DNA of 64,000 bases from assembly GCA_943704425.1 (NCBI GenBank), contig CALSCP010001993.1, positions 23,777 through 87,776 on the forward strand, in the 5' to 3' direction. A model generated the notes under the pieces. The model was not told the origin of the DNA. It saw only the letters and a list, made by a program, of their open reading frames with translations, and ran no database searches. The stretch is from Ministeria vibrans ATCC 50519. Its lineage: Eukaryota > Protista > Filasterea. Both the position numbers and the translations under genes were made by a program. Below are positions 1 through 12,347 of this stretch, piece after piece. Each line of letters starts with the position of its first letter. Position 1 is the stretch's first letter.

Positions 1-3000
1 AGAACAGAATGCGACGACACGGCACCAAAGCGAACACGGGTTATCTTGTGTAACTCCGCCAAGCTTGAAACAGACGCATGTGTTAACTGATGAGTGCCAT
101 GATGCAGACGCACAGTCACCGAACCGCTCATTGAGTCCAAATCAAACACGCCTAGAGCTGTGAGTCGCATGACACGTCGTACACGAAACACAAAACCCAC
201 GGTTCGACTGGCACTGTTGCTGACAACAAGTGACGAGGCAGGAGCCGCCAACAGCGCCGGTGAGCCGTGTCGGTGAGGCGAAGCAGCCAGTTTCCATCGC
301 GTTGGGTTTGAGCCGCACGTTGACAAACCAACGCTGGCGGTGCCTATCGCGTGCACACACTGGCCCGTGGCCACTTGAGCCAAGGCACCATTGCGCGTCA
401 GTCGGAAGGTGCGCTCGGCAACCGGCAAGCACTGGCAAGCGCCAACACACTGAGCTTCGGTCGGGCCCGCACAAGGCTGAGCTGGTGGCGCAACCGTTGT
501 GCGTGCGGGCACCTGTGCCAGGGCAAATGTGTCCTCGGTGTCCTCCATGGACCAGGCAGCAATTGAGCTCTGACACGACACAAACCCAAGGGAGAAGTGA
601 CCCAGAGCTGAGCCTGACACAACCGCGAGGCAGGAGCGCGCCCGGCTGTTGTGCAGTACAAAGTCATTGACGGAGCTGGGCGTACTCATGCTTCTGCGGA
701 ATTGCCATGACTGCTCTTGCGCCAGGGAATCTGAGCATGCAACCGCTCGCACAGCGCTGCTGGCGGCCACAAGGCACGACGCACCAACCACAAGTTGTTG
801 CACGTCGCCTGAAACTAGCACATGTGCGTGCTGGGTACCCGCCCATCTCATACACGACTGGACTGTGAGAATGTGATTTATCACATCCAAACACAGTCCA
901 AATTCATCGTGCTGCAGCGAGAATACCCGTCCGACCAATTGAGCACCCAACTGAAGCTGGGCCAGCTGTGGCCGACTGGGCAGCGTCATGATCAGTTGTG
1001 AAAAGTAACAGGGTCCGCTGAGAACACTGCCGTCAATCAAGGCTCGAGCACACGCCGCCAATCCCCGTGCCCCGTTGACAACACGCACAAGGTTGGGAAT
1101 GGGCTGCAGTGGAAGCAGCTGGGTGCTCTTGCCAAAGTGACCGGTGTACATGCGCAGTTCGGTCAGCCATCCAGGCAGTTGTTTCTTCGACGCGTTCGTC
1201 ACGCGAATCCGCCGCACACGTAGATTGGTCTCTTTGCGCGGATAATTGAAGGGACGCAAAGCGAATCCATTGTGCATCGCCGGCTTGACAGCGTGCCACG
1301 ACGTCTCCGTCCACAAGGTATGCCACGCATCGCCATCGGTCGCACATTCTGTGTGCAGCTGACCTTCGATCCGCTGGATGCATTGGAACGCATCTGTGGT
1401 AAACTGCTGCATGTGCATCGCAGAGGGACACTTGAGCAACACCTCCGAGACGCCCTTGGCCACAGTCACACCGCTCTGCGAATTTAGGAAATCCAGCGAG
1501 ACGCCATTAGACAGGGTGCAGTCGGAAGGGAGAGCAAGAGGGGCCGGACTCTGTTTTCGGAAAAGCATAAGCCACTTGGGGCGACACGAAAAGCCTGACG
1601 CTTGAAACACGATGCGCAGGGCGCGCAAAGCAAACTCCGTCTGACACTCTGCATCCGCAAGCGGCTCACCCGTCTCGTCGACCGTGTCCGTGGCACACCA
1701 CTCGTAGGAGCGACCCAGCGTGGTGCAGCCGGAAAATCTCTGGTTTCCCACCCGGAAGGGCACGCAGGGCGAGCTGGACACGCTCATGCGCTCACTCAGG
1801 TGCTCTCGTTGTCGGCTGTCCGCGTACAACAGAACATCCTGACGCTCACTGTGTGACAAATGTTCCTCCAAGGTCACACTCTCACGCAGATCACCGATAA
1901 GTCGCGAGAGGCGACTGTGCGGCGCGACGCCACTGTACAGTTGAATATTGTTAAGCTGATCGCGTAGTTCGGCCATACGTTGGATGTACACCTCGGCGGC
2001 GCCAAGGGCACACGACTTGACCTGCTGAACTTGGCGGCGCAAGCACAGCGCACGAGCACGTTCAATTTCTTCGGTGCGACCCTTGCACACTGCGCCGTGC
2101 AATCCCTTGATCATGTTGTCGATAAACCGGCTATAGCGCTCCACGGGCACATCACGACGTGCCACCGCCATCAGTACGGCTCCGTGCGTGCGGTAACGAC
2201 GCACCAGGTCACCGGCGTCCGTGTCACCCCGCATCTCAAGGAGGGCACGCGTACGTCTAGCATCGTGCACGCGCAAGACGACCATCTGGGTGCTACGCCG
2301 CTTCAAGTGGTTGTAATAGGGCGAAAATTTCTTTTCGATGGCCGCGGCGACGTCAATAAGCAGCTCACTTCGCGCCGACATGTCGTTTGCCTCGGCGCGA
2401 AGATTGCCAATGTCCGAATAGAAACGCATCCCTACAGCATGTGCTTCGCTCAACATGTCGGCCACACGCTGCAGGTGCGCCATCTTGGTGTTGTACGAGC
2501 CGGTGACCGGAAACTTTTCTAGCTCGGCTGCGGCTGCGTCGACCTTGGCAGCGTATTCTGCCTCGGCTGTGCCCAGGCTCGCCTGTGCCTTGGCCGTGAT
2601 TGACTCGATGAGTGCGTCCGTCTCCTCGACCGCCTTGTTGACCTTGTCTACACAGTCAATTTCGTCGCAGGTGATCTCGTCGTCGCCACAGAGCACATCG
2701 ACAGCAAAGTCTCCCACAGCTTCCGTGACGTCAACCACAAAGGAACCCACGGCGTCAGCAATTGCCTTGAAATCACCATCGCGCAATGCCTTTACTAGCT
2801 TCTGCGACACTTCTTGAGCGGCCCTCTTGAGCTTATCACCCAGCTGCTTGCCTGCCGTCGCAATGGACTGTGTCACTTGCTTGACGGCTGTCGCGACCTC
2901 GCGAATGGCTGTCTGCACTTCCTGCACCGTCATCTTTACACCTTGCTGTACGGCCTGACCAACGTCACGCAGGAAGCCAGCACAGTCGTCCTTGGCGCCT

Positions 3001-6000
3001 TCCATTTTCAGATTGAACGAAATGCTCGCCTTGCGCAAGTGATCCAGAATTTGTGTGGTCACCTTGCCAAAGTTGGTGTTGGCCTGTACAAGCGCGTGCA
3101 GTCGTGGGGACGAAATGGACTGCAGATCGAGATCCACTGCAACCTTGACCGACAGGATTGACCAGATGGTCAATTCGAAGCGGAAGCTCGTTGGCGAGAA
3201 CTTAATGTAAATCGAGTTCCAAAGACCGAGGAACTACAACAAACAGATGATTATTTAAAATTATTAATAATTATTATTATGAATAATATTATAGCCATTC
3301 ATAATTCTTACGTCCTCACCTCTCTCTCTCTCAAACACTATGCTCTCTCTCTCAAACACTATGCTTGCTCTCTCACAGACTTCTCTCAAACACCATGCTT
3401 ACCCTCTCACTCTATGCTTTCTTTACGTTACTCTCTTCCCTCCCCTCTCTCCACTTTGCACTCTCAATCTCCCTCTCATTCTCACCTGAATGGCACCGGC
3501 AACCTCAAGTTCAAGCTTCTTTGGCAGGTCCATATCGAGGTAGAACGAAGGACCCCTGTCTTGCTCAGTGATGGTGCGCACGACGTTGATAACACCGAGC
3601 TTGATGGGACACAGCTTGACATCTATCAGGACGCGCTTGGGAGGGATGCTGATAATGACGTGAGCATCAATCTCACAGCCGAACAGATTAAGCAGCCCCT
3701 TGAGGGAGAAGCCGGCGGGAATATGGACGTTGCCCAGCACAGATGTACGATCGGCAAAGGCAAATGAGACTTGCAGGCCCTTGGGGAAGCCCGTGTCGCG
3801 GATTGGCTTGGGTAATTTGTCGACACTGAACGACGGCACCATCACGTCGAAGACCTTGGCCACCGTGATGGTGCTCAGCGCAAAGTAAAAGTAGTTGTTC
3901 TTGTAGTTGCCCACGTCAACACCCAGTGCCAATTGCATGCTGATTGTCTTGTCGCTGTCGACAAAGCCTGTAGGCGCTGACACATCGTAGGTGCAGGCGT
4001 TGTTGAGACCAAAGCACATACTTGCCTGGAACTCGATCGCCTTCAGTGACACAGGTCCCAGCGCGACCGAAATGCTTCCACCAATATTGGCAATGCTCAA
4101 TGGGCTGATGCCAAAGGGTGAGTGCCATACACCGACGAGGCCAAGCTTCACGCCAATCACGAGCGGCGGGCCAATTTCGAGGTAGAGACCGCCGACAAAC
4201 TTGGGGGCGCCCTTCAGACCGGGCACTGACATCTCACCGCCAAACTCGAGGCGTAACAAGGGCTGTTTGCCAAACGCCAGGGCAAAGTATAAACGCTCGA
4301 TGGTGACAGGTCCCAGTTCGAGGTTAAAGCTCAGCAAGACTTTCACTTCAAGCGCACCGCTGATCTTGCTCAGCTCTAGATCCATGGAACCCTGCAGGAA
4401 GCCCAGGAATTTACAGGCAGCGCCGTGCGTACACGCACCTGTGTCGACGCTGACACGCGTGGCCACAGTGAATCCTTTGGCCCACACCGAGGTCGAGGAT
4501 GATCGCTCAAAAGCCTCGGGGTGCAGCAAATCGACTTCATCAGGAGAGAATTGTCGCGGTGTGCCTGAATTGATGACAAAGCGGAAATTTTGCACGGTAA
4601 ACGCCCCGAGAACACCCTGCACAAGACTGTTGCCTGCGTCACCCGGAAGAATCGCTCCCAAAAGGGTGCCCAAGTTGGCATTGCTCGACATGAACAGCGA
4701 CAACATCAGCGTCTGCTTGGTCGCACCACTTGGCTTCATGATGACGGCGGCAAAGCCAAGTGTCGTCGACGACGAGACGGTAAAGTCACCGCCAAATTGC
4801 ACAATACGCGGCTTGCCCAGCGTGATGCGGATCTGTATCGCGCTCTGAAGCGCACTACCGACACCACGGCGACGGCTGATTGCGCTGGTGGGAAGACCTG
4901 AGCTGATCAAGCTCTGGAAGGCACGTAGCGTTGGACCGCCCTTGGCCAACAAGTAGGCAACGAGGTTGTCACGGTCGAACTCGACCGATTCGGGATCCGG
5001 CTCGAAGTTGAGGCTTCTCCACTTGCTTCCCTTGACCAAGCACTTGGACGCGGATGCTACGCCGCCTGCCGAAAAGATTTCGTCTCCCTCCGTCGACGGT
5101 CCAAAGTGCACGGTACCACCGGCGAGCAGCTCGACAGTCCAGCCACAACATTTGGCCTTGTTGGTACCACTCGGTGGACTGGGCGGTGTTGACACACAGG
5201 GGCGTTTCGCCTTCTTGTCAATGAGGTACTGCCAGCGGGCGTTGAACGTGACGCCCACCTGCAGCTTAGAAAAGGACAGGGTTTCGTCCTCCTCTTCGCC
5301 AATGGCAATGCAACGACCGCCGTTTAGAGCACACTTTGGCTGCGCAATGACGGAGAGTTGGGTGAACTTGAGCGTGTTGATTTGATTGTAGACAGGGTCC
5401 TTGTCCAGAGACTTGGGTCGGCGTTCGTACTGGCCACGAATGTCCGCACCAAGATCAAGCAGGCTCATGTCGCCCAGAGCATCGCTCATTTTGGTGGCAA
5501 TTCCCTTGTCGGAGTCGGTCGAGCCATTGGTGGCGCAGGAGAGAATCTGACCGACCGTGATGATGGCAGCATTTTCCGCGCCGGTTTCCTCGTCGACAGA
5601 GCCATCGGGACGACCTGTCAGAGAAAGCATCACGACCTGGTGCGAATCCTTGTCAATGATGGCGCGCCCTTCAAGGCCCGAGCACTGAAAGTCCATGGAA
5701 GCCGCGAAGTAAAATTCTGGCTTGTGGTCATGCAAGGGTAGCGCGTCGTACTCGGCCTGTGCCTGGGCACACTTGCTGGACGTGGCGCGTGCCTCGCGTG
5801 CCAAAGAAGGCGCACTGTCTAGGTCGTCGTGTCGGGGTTCCTCCTCCTCCGTCTCCTTGGTGACGTGGTAGTTGTTATCGTTGAGAGAGAGGTCAAGAAG
5901 ACTACGACGGCCCGATGGCGGTGAGTCTGATGCTCCGCCAGTCTTCTTTTTCTTCTTGATGGGTGTTGTTGAACGAGGCCCGATTTCAGGATCAAACGGC

Positions 6001-8371
6001 GCCAAAAAGTCGAGGTAGCGCGTCTCGATGAGGGGGCGTGTCTCAATCTCGTTGCTGGTGGGAACCGGTTGATATATGCCCTTGAACGCGGCGCCCGTGT
6101 ACGTGGGCTTGGCGATGATGGAGCCGACGGGCGGTTTCTTCCAGTTGCGTGGGCGCGACGAGTTGTAGTAGCGAGCAAAGCTCAGGGTAAGGTTGGAGAG
6201 GGCAAGGCGATCGTTGAACAACAGCTCGGGTCGGTCGGTGGCCGCATCGAGGAGAAACTCGACGAGGAACATGCGCTTTTTGGGCTTGAGTACACACCCA
6301 TCCATGTTGTGCACAGTGTTGTTGCGGCTTCTCTGAATCAATAGCTTGCGCAGACCAAACGAGTCGGCAATATCCGACTCGAATGGCAACATATTCGACT
6401 GGGAAAAATCCGCAGCAGCCTTGCGGTCGAGCACAGCAAGGAGCGATGCGAGATTTAGTCCGTGACCATCGTAGCCGGCGGCATCTTGAGCCTGTGTAAG
6501 AGTCGAAAACTCGAGCGACAAGCCCCATGCCTTGGCTCCACGACGGCCCATTGCAATAGCCGTCGTCTTGATACCATTGACCATGAGCGAAATGTCGGCG
6601 CGCATGACAAAGTTGAGCTTGAACGGGATCTTCTTGGCGGTACCGCTGCTGGAGGTCGCACGACGCCCCTTCTTCCCGAGCTTCTTGCGATCAAGTTGGA
6701 GTCCCAGGAAGACACCCTCGATGGCAAACGCGTTCTTTTCGGTGTCGTTGAAGCTCCACGACTTGGACGGAAATTGCACAATGATGCCCAGCTGTTCGCA
6801 ACGTTCGTGCGCGTACGACTTGAAGTCAGTGTCGCGCGAGAGGTCAAAGTTTTCCAGACCGGCGTCGTTACTGACGGTCACTTCGCCAAAGGTGACCCAC
6901 CATGTGTAGTTAACGGAACCGATTGCTGTGTGTTTGGTGAGACCACCGTTGATCTTTTCGAGCAGCATGTCGTTGAGCGATTCGATCATCTCGTCAATTT
7001 TTCCATTAGCCTGTTTGACGGCCTGATCACGCGCCAAATCTTGTGCCACTTGACGCTTGCCAAGCGACGTCGGGAGCGAGGACAGCAGTGGCTCGAGCAA
7101 TTCGTCGACAAGACCGCTGAGACCGACGCTGTCGAGGTCGTGGATAAGGCTGTCCCACGAGAGGCCGGCCGGAGCGGTGAGCAACGAGCGCGGGTCAATG
7201 TCGCGCAGGGTCATTGTTAGATCATCATTGTCGTTGTCGTCGATGTTGTTGTTGTCGCCATCGATAGCATCGTCGAGGTCGTCATTTTTGTCGTCGAGGG
7301 AGCGACGACGTGATTGGGAGTTGTCGTTGTTGTTGTCGTCGTCGTGCTCGGGAGGGAGGTGACGGTGCATAGTTTGAACAAAATCGGTTGGCGGCGCGAC
7401 CTTTGGTTGGCCCAACGCAAGGGTCAGGCGTGAGCCACGAAGGCCGGACACTGAGTGAGCATTGTACGTGTTGGCACCGAGACGAATTGCGGTGGCACCG
7501 TTGCATGGATCGGTGCATGGTGCGCCCGCTTTACAGCCGGTACAATCGCGAAAGGCCGGAGGCTGTGAGAGCGACAAAGAACAAGTGGAGCCAATGAAGC
7601 CAGGCGCGCATTTGCAGGTAAATGATTTCACACCGTCGACACAAGTGGCGCCATTGAGGCAGGGCGTTGGCGAGCAGTCGTCAATGTTGGTTTGGCAGTG
7701 AGAGCCGGAGAAGCCAGCAACGCACGAGCATTTGTACGAGGCAACACCGTCGAGGCACGTGCCGCCGTTCTGGCAGGGATCCGACAGGCATTCGTTAGTG
7801 TTTCTTTGGCAGGTGCCGCCCGTGAAGCCCTGGTCACAATTGCAACGGTATCCAGCGCGTCGGCGACGACGGTGCCCGGTGGTGCGATAGCCGTTGCGAG
7901 AGCAGGAGGTGGTGCGGCGTCGTGAGGAGAGGCGATAGGAACGTGTCACAGGCTGATATTCAATGGCGGCGAGCACTTGTGAGGGTTGGTTCTTGAGGGA
8001 GCAGAGGGAAACGGTCGCGTTACCGACGAGTCTTTCAACATTGCCGTACACGAGCAGACGACAAGTACCGTCGTGCGACACACTGAAATGTTCGCACGTT
8101 GACTCGACGTGACATTGGTGAGCACACGTGGCCATCTCGGCGGCGTGGACGCCCTTGAGTGTGTTAGGGACACATGAAAAGGGTAGGTCCGTCAGAGTCG
8201 GCCGAGCAGCCACTAGCGCGGTAAAAAGTACCACGCTCTAAGTAGGAGTGATGGGTGAACATATGTGGTGGGTTACTCTGGTTAGCCATTAGAACAGGCT
8301 GAGAAGAGTTAATAAATAGATTACTTTAAATTTTTTCGACTTACGAGCGAAATAAAGGCGGTTAAGCGCAT
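1..8371 (-). CDS. Giant secreted mosaic protein (>2,600 aa, runs off the window's left edge): signal peptide, PAN/apple, 3 EGF repeats, acidic linker, long beta-strand-rich region, amphipathic helical region, fibronectin type II-like motif, ricin-B-like repeats
   Basis: Exons 8371-8345 (MRLTAFISL|gtaagt), 8237-3486 (the 1603-aa ORF minus its intronic tail) and 3233 to <1. The last exon has no stop when translated by hand, which is why the ORF track lacks it. All joins are GT-AG and phase 0. Spliced N-terminus MRLTAFISLSVVLFTALVAA-RP is a classic signal peptide. EGF: NTNECLSDPCQNGGTCLDGVASYKCSC. PAN: CAHQCHVESTCEHFSV..GTCRL. FN2-like: PCVPFRVGNQRFSGCTTLGRSYEWCAT (about 1690-1770). Confidence 0.85.
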
Positions 8372-9397
8372 TAAATTTGTCTTCAATATGTTGATGCGTT
8401 GATCTATTTTTAGAAAAAAGAGAATTAGAGAAGGGAGGGGCGAGGAGGAGGCGTCTGTAGCAAAAGAGATGGCGCAAGTGTTTCACTGAATCAGATCGAT
8501 ACAATTTTGCCACGAGCGTCGGGTGCGCATGCTGTGGTGTGGCATACACTCGGTTTGAAATTATGAAGACAAAATACTCCCGACGAAGAAGGAAAAGAGG
8601 GAAAACTACAACAAGGACTCGGCGACATCAGACGACTAGCAGATAGAATAAACGGTAGAGAAGAGCAAATGGAACAAAGAAGCGAAAGTGGAGGAGAGCA
8701 AGCTGACTAAAAAATGAGACACTAAAAAACAAACACGGCTAATCTACCGTTAAGAAGAGTATGGGAAGGCCAGCTGAGCACGCAGGGAACTGCTCAATAC
8801 TCTTTCACAATTCACACCAATGTCACGTTGTGATTGGGAGACTGGGAGAAGCTGAGGATGAAGGGGAGAGGTCGTTCGGCTATTCCCGAGGGAGTTGCTT
8901 TTTTTTGTTGTTTTTATGTGGACAGCGACAAAAAAGGAGAAAAAGAGGCCAAGTTCGGAATAGACAATAAGTGCACTTGTGTATCATGCTGTTTTGGTAC
9001 GAAGAAGGAAGTAGTATCACACGCGAGAAACGAGAGAAAAAGCAGAAAAAAAAAGGCACACAAGTTTGGAAGAGGGAGAGAATGCAAGGGCGTGCTGTCT
9101 CAGATGCAGCAATAGTAGGGCTGTAGTCTCACCAGGGTATCGAAGCAAAAGAAAAAAAGAGTGAGAACTGAGTTCAGAGTTACTGAGAACTGAGAGTCTG
9201 AGACGTCAAAGAGTTAACAACAAATGTAGCGGTTCCTCTCTCACCTCCCTGGGCAGCTGGTGGGGGCAGCATGGCGGGTGTGGCCGGTTTCAACAAACAC
9301 ATGAGCCCATCTCCGCCTGAGCGCTGCGTTGCGCGCTCGAGCTGTTCATGGTTGAAAGATTTAAAGCAAGAGTGGGAGTAGTTCCCCCTGTTTTGTT

Positions 9398-10130
9398 TTA
9401 TTCAACATTGGCGCCTTCATGTGTGGAAGCGACAGTCGCATGCGACGTAGAAGACGATGCATTGCCAACGGCATCGACAGGCACATCCGCCACAGGGCTT
9501 GGCGTGCGTTGTCGAGATGGAGAACGAGAGCGTGAGCGAGACGGAGAGCGAGAACGCGTGGACCGACGATGGCGCGGAGGGGAGCGCGAGCGCGAGCGAC
9601 GACGGCTGCGCCCATGATCACGGTCGTGATCGCGGCCACGGTCACCACGATCATGAAAGTGATCGCGATCCACGGGACGTCCACCACCTCGTTCGCCCAT
9701 TGGTCGCTTGTACTCCACTCGCACCTGATACACAGACGGTGGTTAGAAATAATAAAAAAATGCCCAGGAAAATGCGTCGCGTTGCTTACTCTTGCACCAG
9801 TGCCAAAAACATCACGGTTATGAAACATTTCCAGTGCACGCGTGGCACTGCGGGGGTCTTCATAGCGCACGTTGCCTTCGCCCTTGGGTGACCCATCGGG
9901 GCGCGTGCGTAGCATGGCGTTGGGCTCGCCAGTGCGAGTGTTGAGCGCAATCTTTCCGGCACGCGAGAACTCACGGAGCACCTGATCGAGCGTGGTCGCA
10001 TAAGAGAGACCAAATATCATAACGGTATCGCGTGGGTACGGCCCCTCTTGTCCTCCCTGATCAAATCGAGCTCCGCCACGTGAATCGAAACCTTCTTCGC
10101 CACCGAACCCTCTGGCGAAGAAGAAGAAGA

Positions 10131-10193
<63 letters not shown>

Positions 10194-11346
10194 GAGACAA
10201 GGAAGTTTTGTTGGTGTTTCGCTTCGAGTGTGAAAAGAGATGCACGCAATTGATGTCGAATTCATGCACAGAGCGCGCTCAATCTGTTCAGGCGGCACTG
10301 ACATCGCTCCACAAGTTGGCTTCTCACGTACAGAAGAACTGCTCAGGCAACCTCCATTGATGCAATACCAAAAAAAAATTGCTCAAGCAACACATACACA
10401 CACATACACATAGCACTCAGTCACACACATCCTATGCCAAAGAAATTGCTCAGGCAACACACGCACATACACGCCGACCGAGTTGTTCAGGCAAAGCGCA
10501 CACACCACCACCACCACCACTACCAACACCAAAGGAATTGTATACGCAACATGCACCACCAAAAGATGGGTTCAGGCAACACGCACACACCAACCACCAC
10601 CATCGCCAGCACCATAGGAGCAGCTCTCAGGCAACATCACAAGAACTGCTCCGGCAACACGCACAAAACACGCACAAAGAGTCCTCCTTTTCCTTTGCTC
10701 ATTTTTCTTCCTCACCTCTGTCCCCCACCGTCACGATCAGCATATCCTCCACTTGTTCTCGGCTTTGGCGTTCTGCACTTGTTGCAAATGTCACGCTTGG
10801 CAAAGTTGTGGTTGTTGCAGTCGGGACAGTCCCAGTCACCAGGTCGCCGTGTGCGAGACGGGAACTCGCCGCGAGGAGGGAAGTCATCTTGACGAAAACC
10901 ACCCTCCCTGTCACGCCTCTCAGGACCCGGACCGCCATACTGGGAGTTGCCACTGTAACTCGGCGGCCTTCCTCGGTAGCCACCACCACTATCGCCACTG
11001 CCATAATAATCGCCGCCGCCGCCGCCACCACCGCCGCCGCCACTGCCACCGCCTCCGTTGCCATACGATGCGACAGTTTGCGTGGTCACAATGGGGCGCT
11101 CATTGCCGTAGACGGGGCCCGGCGCAGGAGCGCTACGCGAGTAGTCTCCACCGCGACGAATATCGTCTCGACGATCGTACTCTTGATACGACCCTTCGTA
11201 CGCACCGCCGCCACCACCACCACCACCACTACCTCCTGCAACAGAGCCGCCTCCCGTATAGGAGGTTGATGCAGGGGCCATTGTAGGCGGCGGAGGAGGA
11301 GGGGGCGCACGAAGGAGCTCTTCGGGCTTTTGCCAACGCGACTCAT
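9398..11346 (-). CDS. FET (FUS/EWS/TAF15)-like RNA-binding protein: G/Y-rich region, RanBP2-type zinc finger, FET-type RRM, RS-rich tail; 5' end missing
   Basis: Exons 11346-10716, 10111-9790 and 9724-9398 splice in frame through GT-AG introns. ZnF: RRPGDWDCPDCNNHNFAKRDICNKCRTPKP. RRM: DTVMIFGL...GKIALNTRTGEP...PKGEGNVRYEDPRSATRALEMFHN. Tail: RSRSRSP. The first visible exon follows an acceptor (ttttttcag) and begins DESRWQKPEEL, which looks like the end of a WW domain. Confidence 0.8.
10283..10660 (-). repeat. Intronic array of 8-9 degenerate copies of a motif of about 20 nt (sense consensus GUGUUGCCUGAGCAAUUUCUU) with variable spacers
   Basis: Plus-strand copies near 10334 (aagaactgctcaggcaac), 10374, 10440, 10479, 10532, 10563, 10618 and 10641, plus a weak copy near 10283. 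Spacers are CA/CAC-rich. Confidence 0.85.
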
Positions 11347-11399
11347 CTGAAAAAAGGGCAGACAATCAATTTGTTGACAGGATTCCGATAATGGTTGGT

Positions 11400-11480
11400 A
11401 GAGAAAGAAGAAAAGAGAAGAGAAGAGAGAAGAGAAGAGAGAAGAGAAGAGAGAGAGAGAGAGAGAGAAGTGTGTGTGTG

Positions 11481-11567
<87 letters not shown>

Positions 11568-11575
11568 ATGTGTGT
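11400..11575. repeat. Compound (AGAAG/GA)n plus (TG)n microsatellite
   Basis: Directly visible; the TG dinucleotide run is about 95 bp. Confidence 0.95.
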
Positions 11576-11697
11576 GTACATGTGTGCTTATATTTAGTGT
11601 GTGCTCATGTGTTTGTTCATGATAACTATTTTGAGTCACTTGATGGAACAATTTATGCAATTTAATAATAATTAACTATTTATGGTTGCATGTGTAG

Positions 11698-12274
11698 GAC
11701 AAGGACCGTCAGTCGACCAAAGTGTGCTCTGGCTCAACCAACCCCGAGTTTAAGTTCCGCAAGCAGTTTACAGTGGATCCATGCACGGAAGGCTTTTTAG
11801 GCTACCTGCAGAGCAATGCGCTTGTTGTGGAGGTGTGGGGAAAGCAGGTAAGCAATGACGAAACAATGACTTGATGATAAAGAGTAATATTAATATATGA
11901 GCTCCTGGGGTATGTATGTGTGATTGACAGGGAGATGGGTATGGGCTTGGAGGAGCGCAGAATGGAGGGTATGCAGGTGGAGGAGTGGGTGCGGGCAAGG
12001 CACGACAGCACAAGATGGACCATTTGGACGAGCAGATGCTGGAGATTGAGAAGGAGGCGGATCTGATCAAGAAGAACCAGCTTCTGATCAACGTAACGTC
12101 GGAGCAAAACGATACAATACAGATGCTCAAAGTGGAGAATGAGGAGCTGGCTAAGCAGACGCAGGATCTGGCGTCGCGCATGGAGCGCCTGCAAACGGGC
12201 AATGTAACGGGTCTGAAGCGCATGGCTTCCACTCTGCCCCACGACGATACTTACCAGTACGCAACAAATTTGTG

Positions 12275-12347
<73 letters not shown>

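Noticed and set aside
142-3161. Many short ORFs on both strands in the ORF track
   Set aside because: They are shadow or antisense frames of the uninterrupted minus-strand exon 3233 to <1.
9229-9350. GC-rich patch with a GAG|gtgaga donor-like site downstream of the FET-like stop
   Set aside because: No supportable reading frame or partner splice site; it may be 3' UTR.
10283-10660. Repeat-spacer appearance resembling a CRISPR array
   Set aside because: The repeats are degenerate, the spacers are low-complexity and very unequal, the context is a eukaryotic intron, and there are no cas genes.
10379-11269. 296-aa plus-strand ORF
   Set aside because: It is antisense to the FET-like exon and intron; its His/Thr bias comes from CA repeats.
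11343-11665. HTHT/VCVC/ERER ORFs (also near 10.1, 12.3, 26.1, 28.5 and 63.8 kb)
   Set aside because: These are translations of intronic dinucleotide microsatellites.
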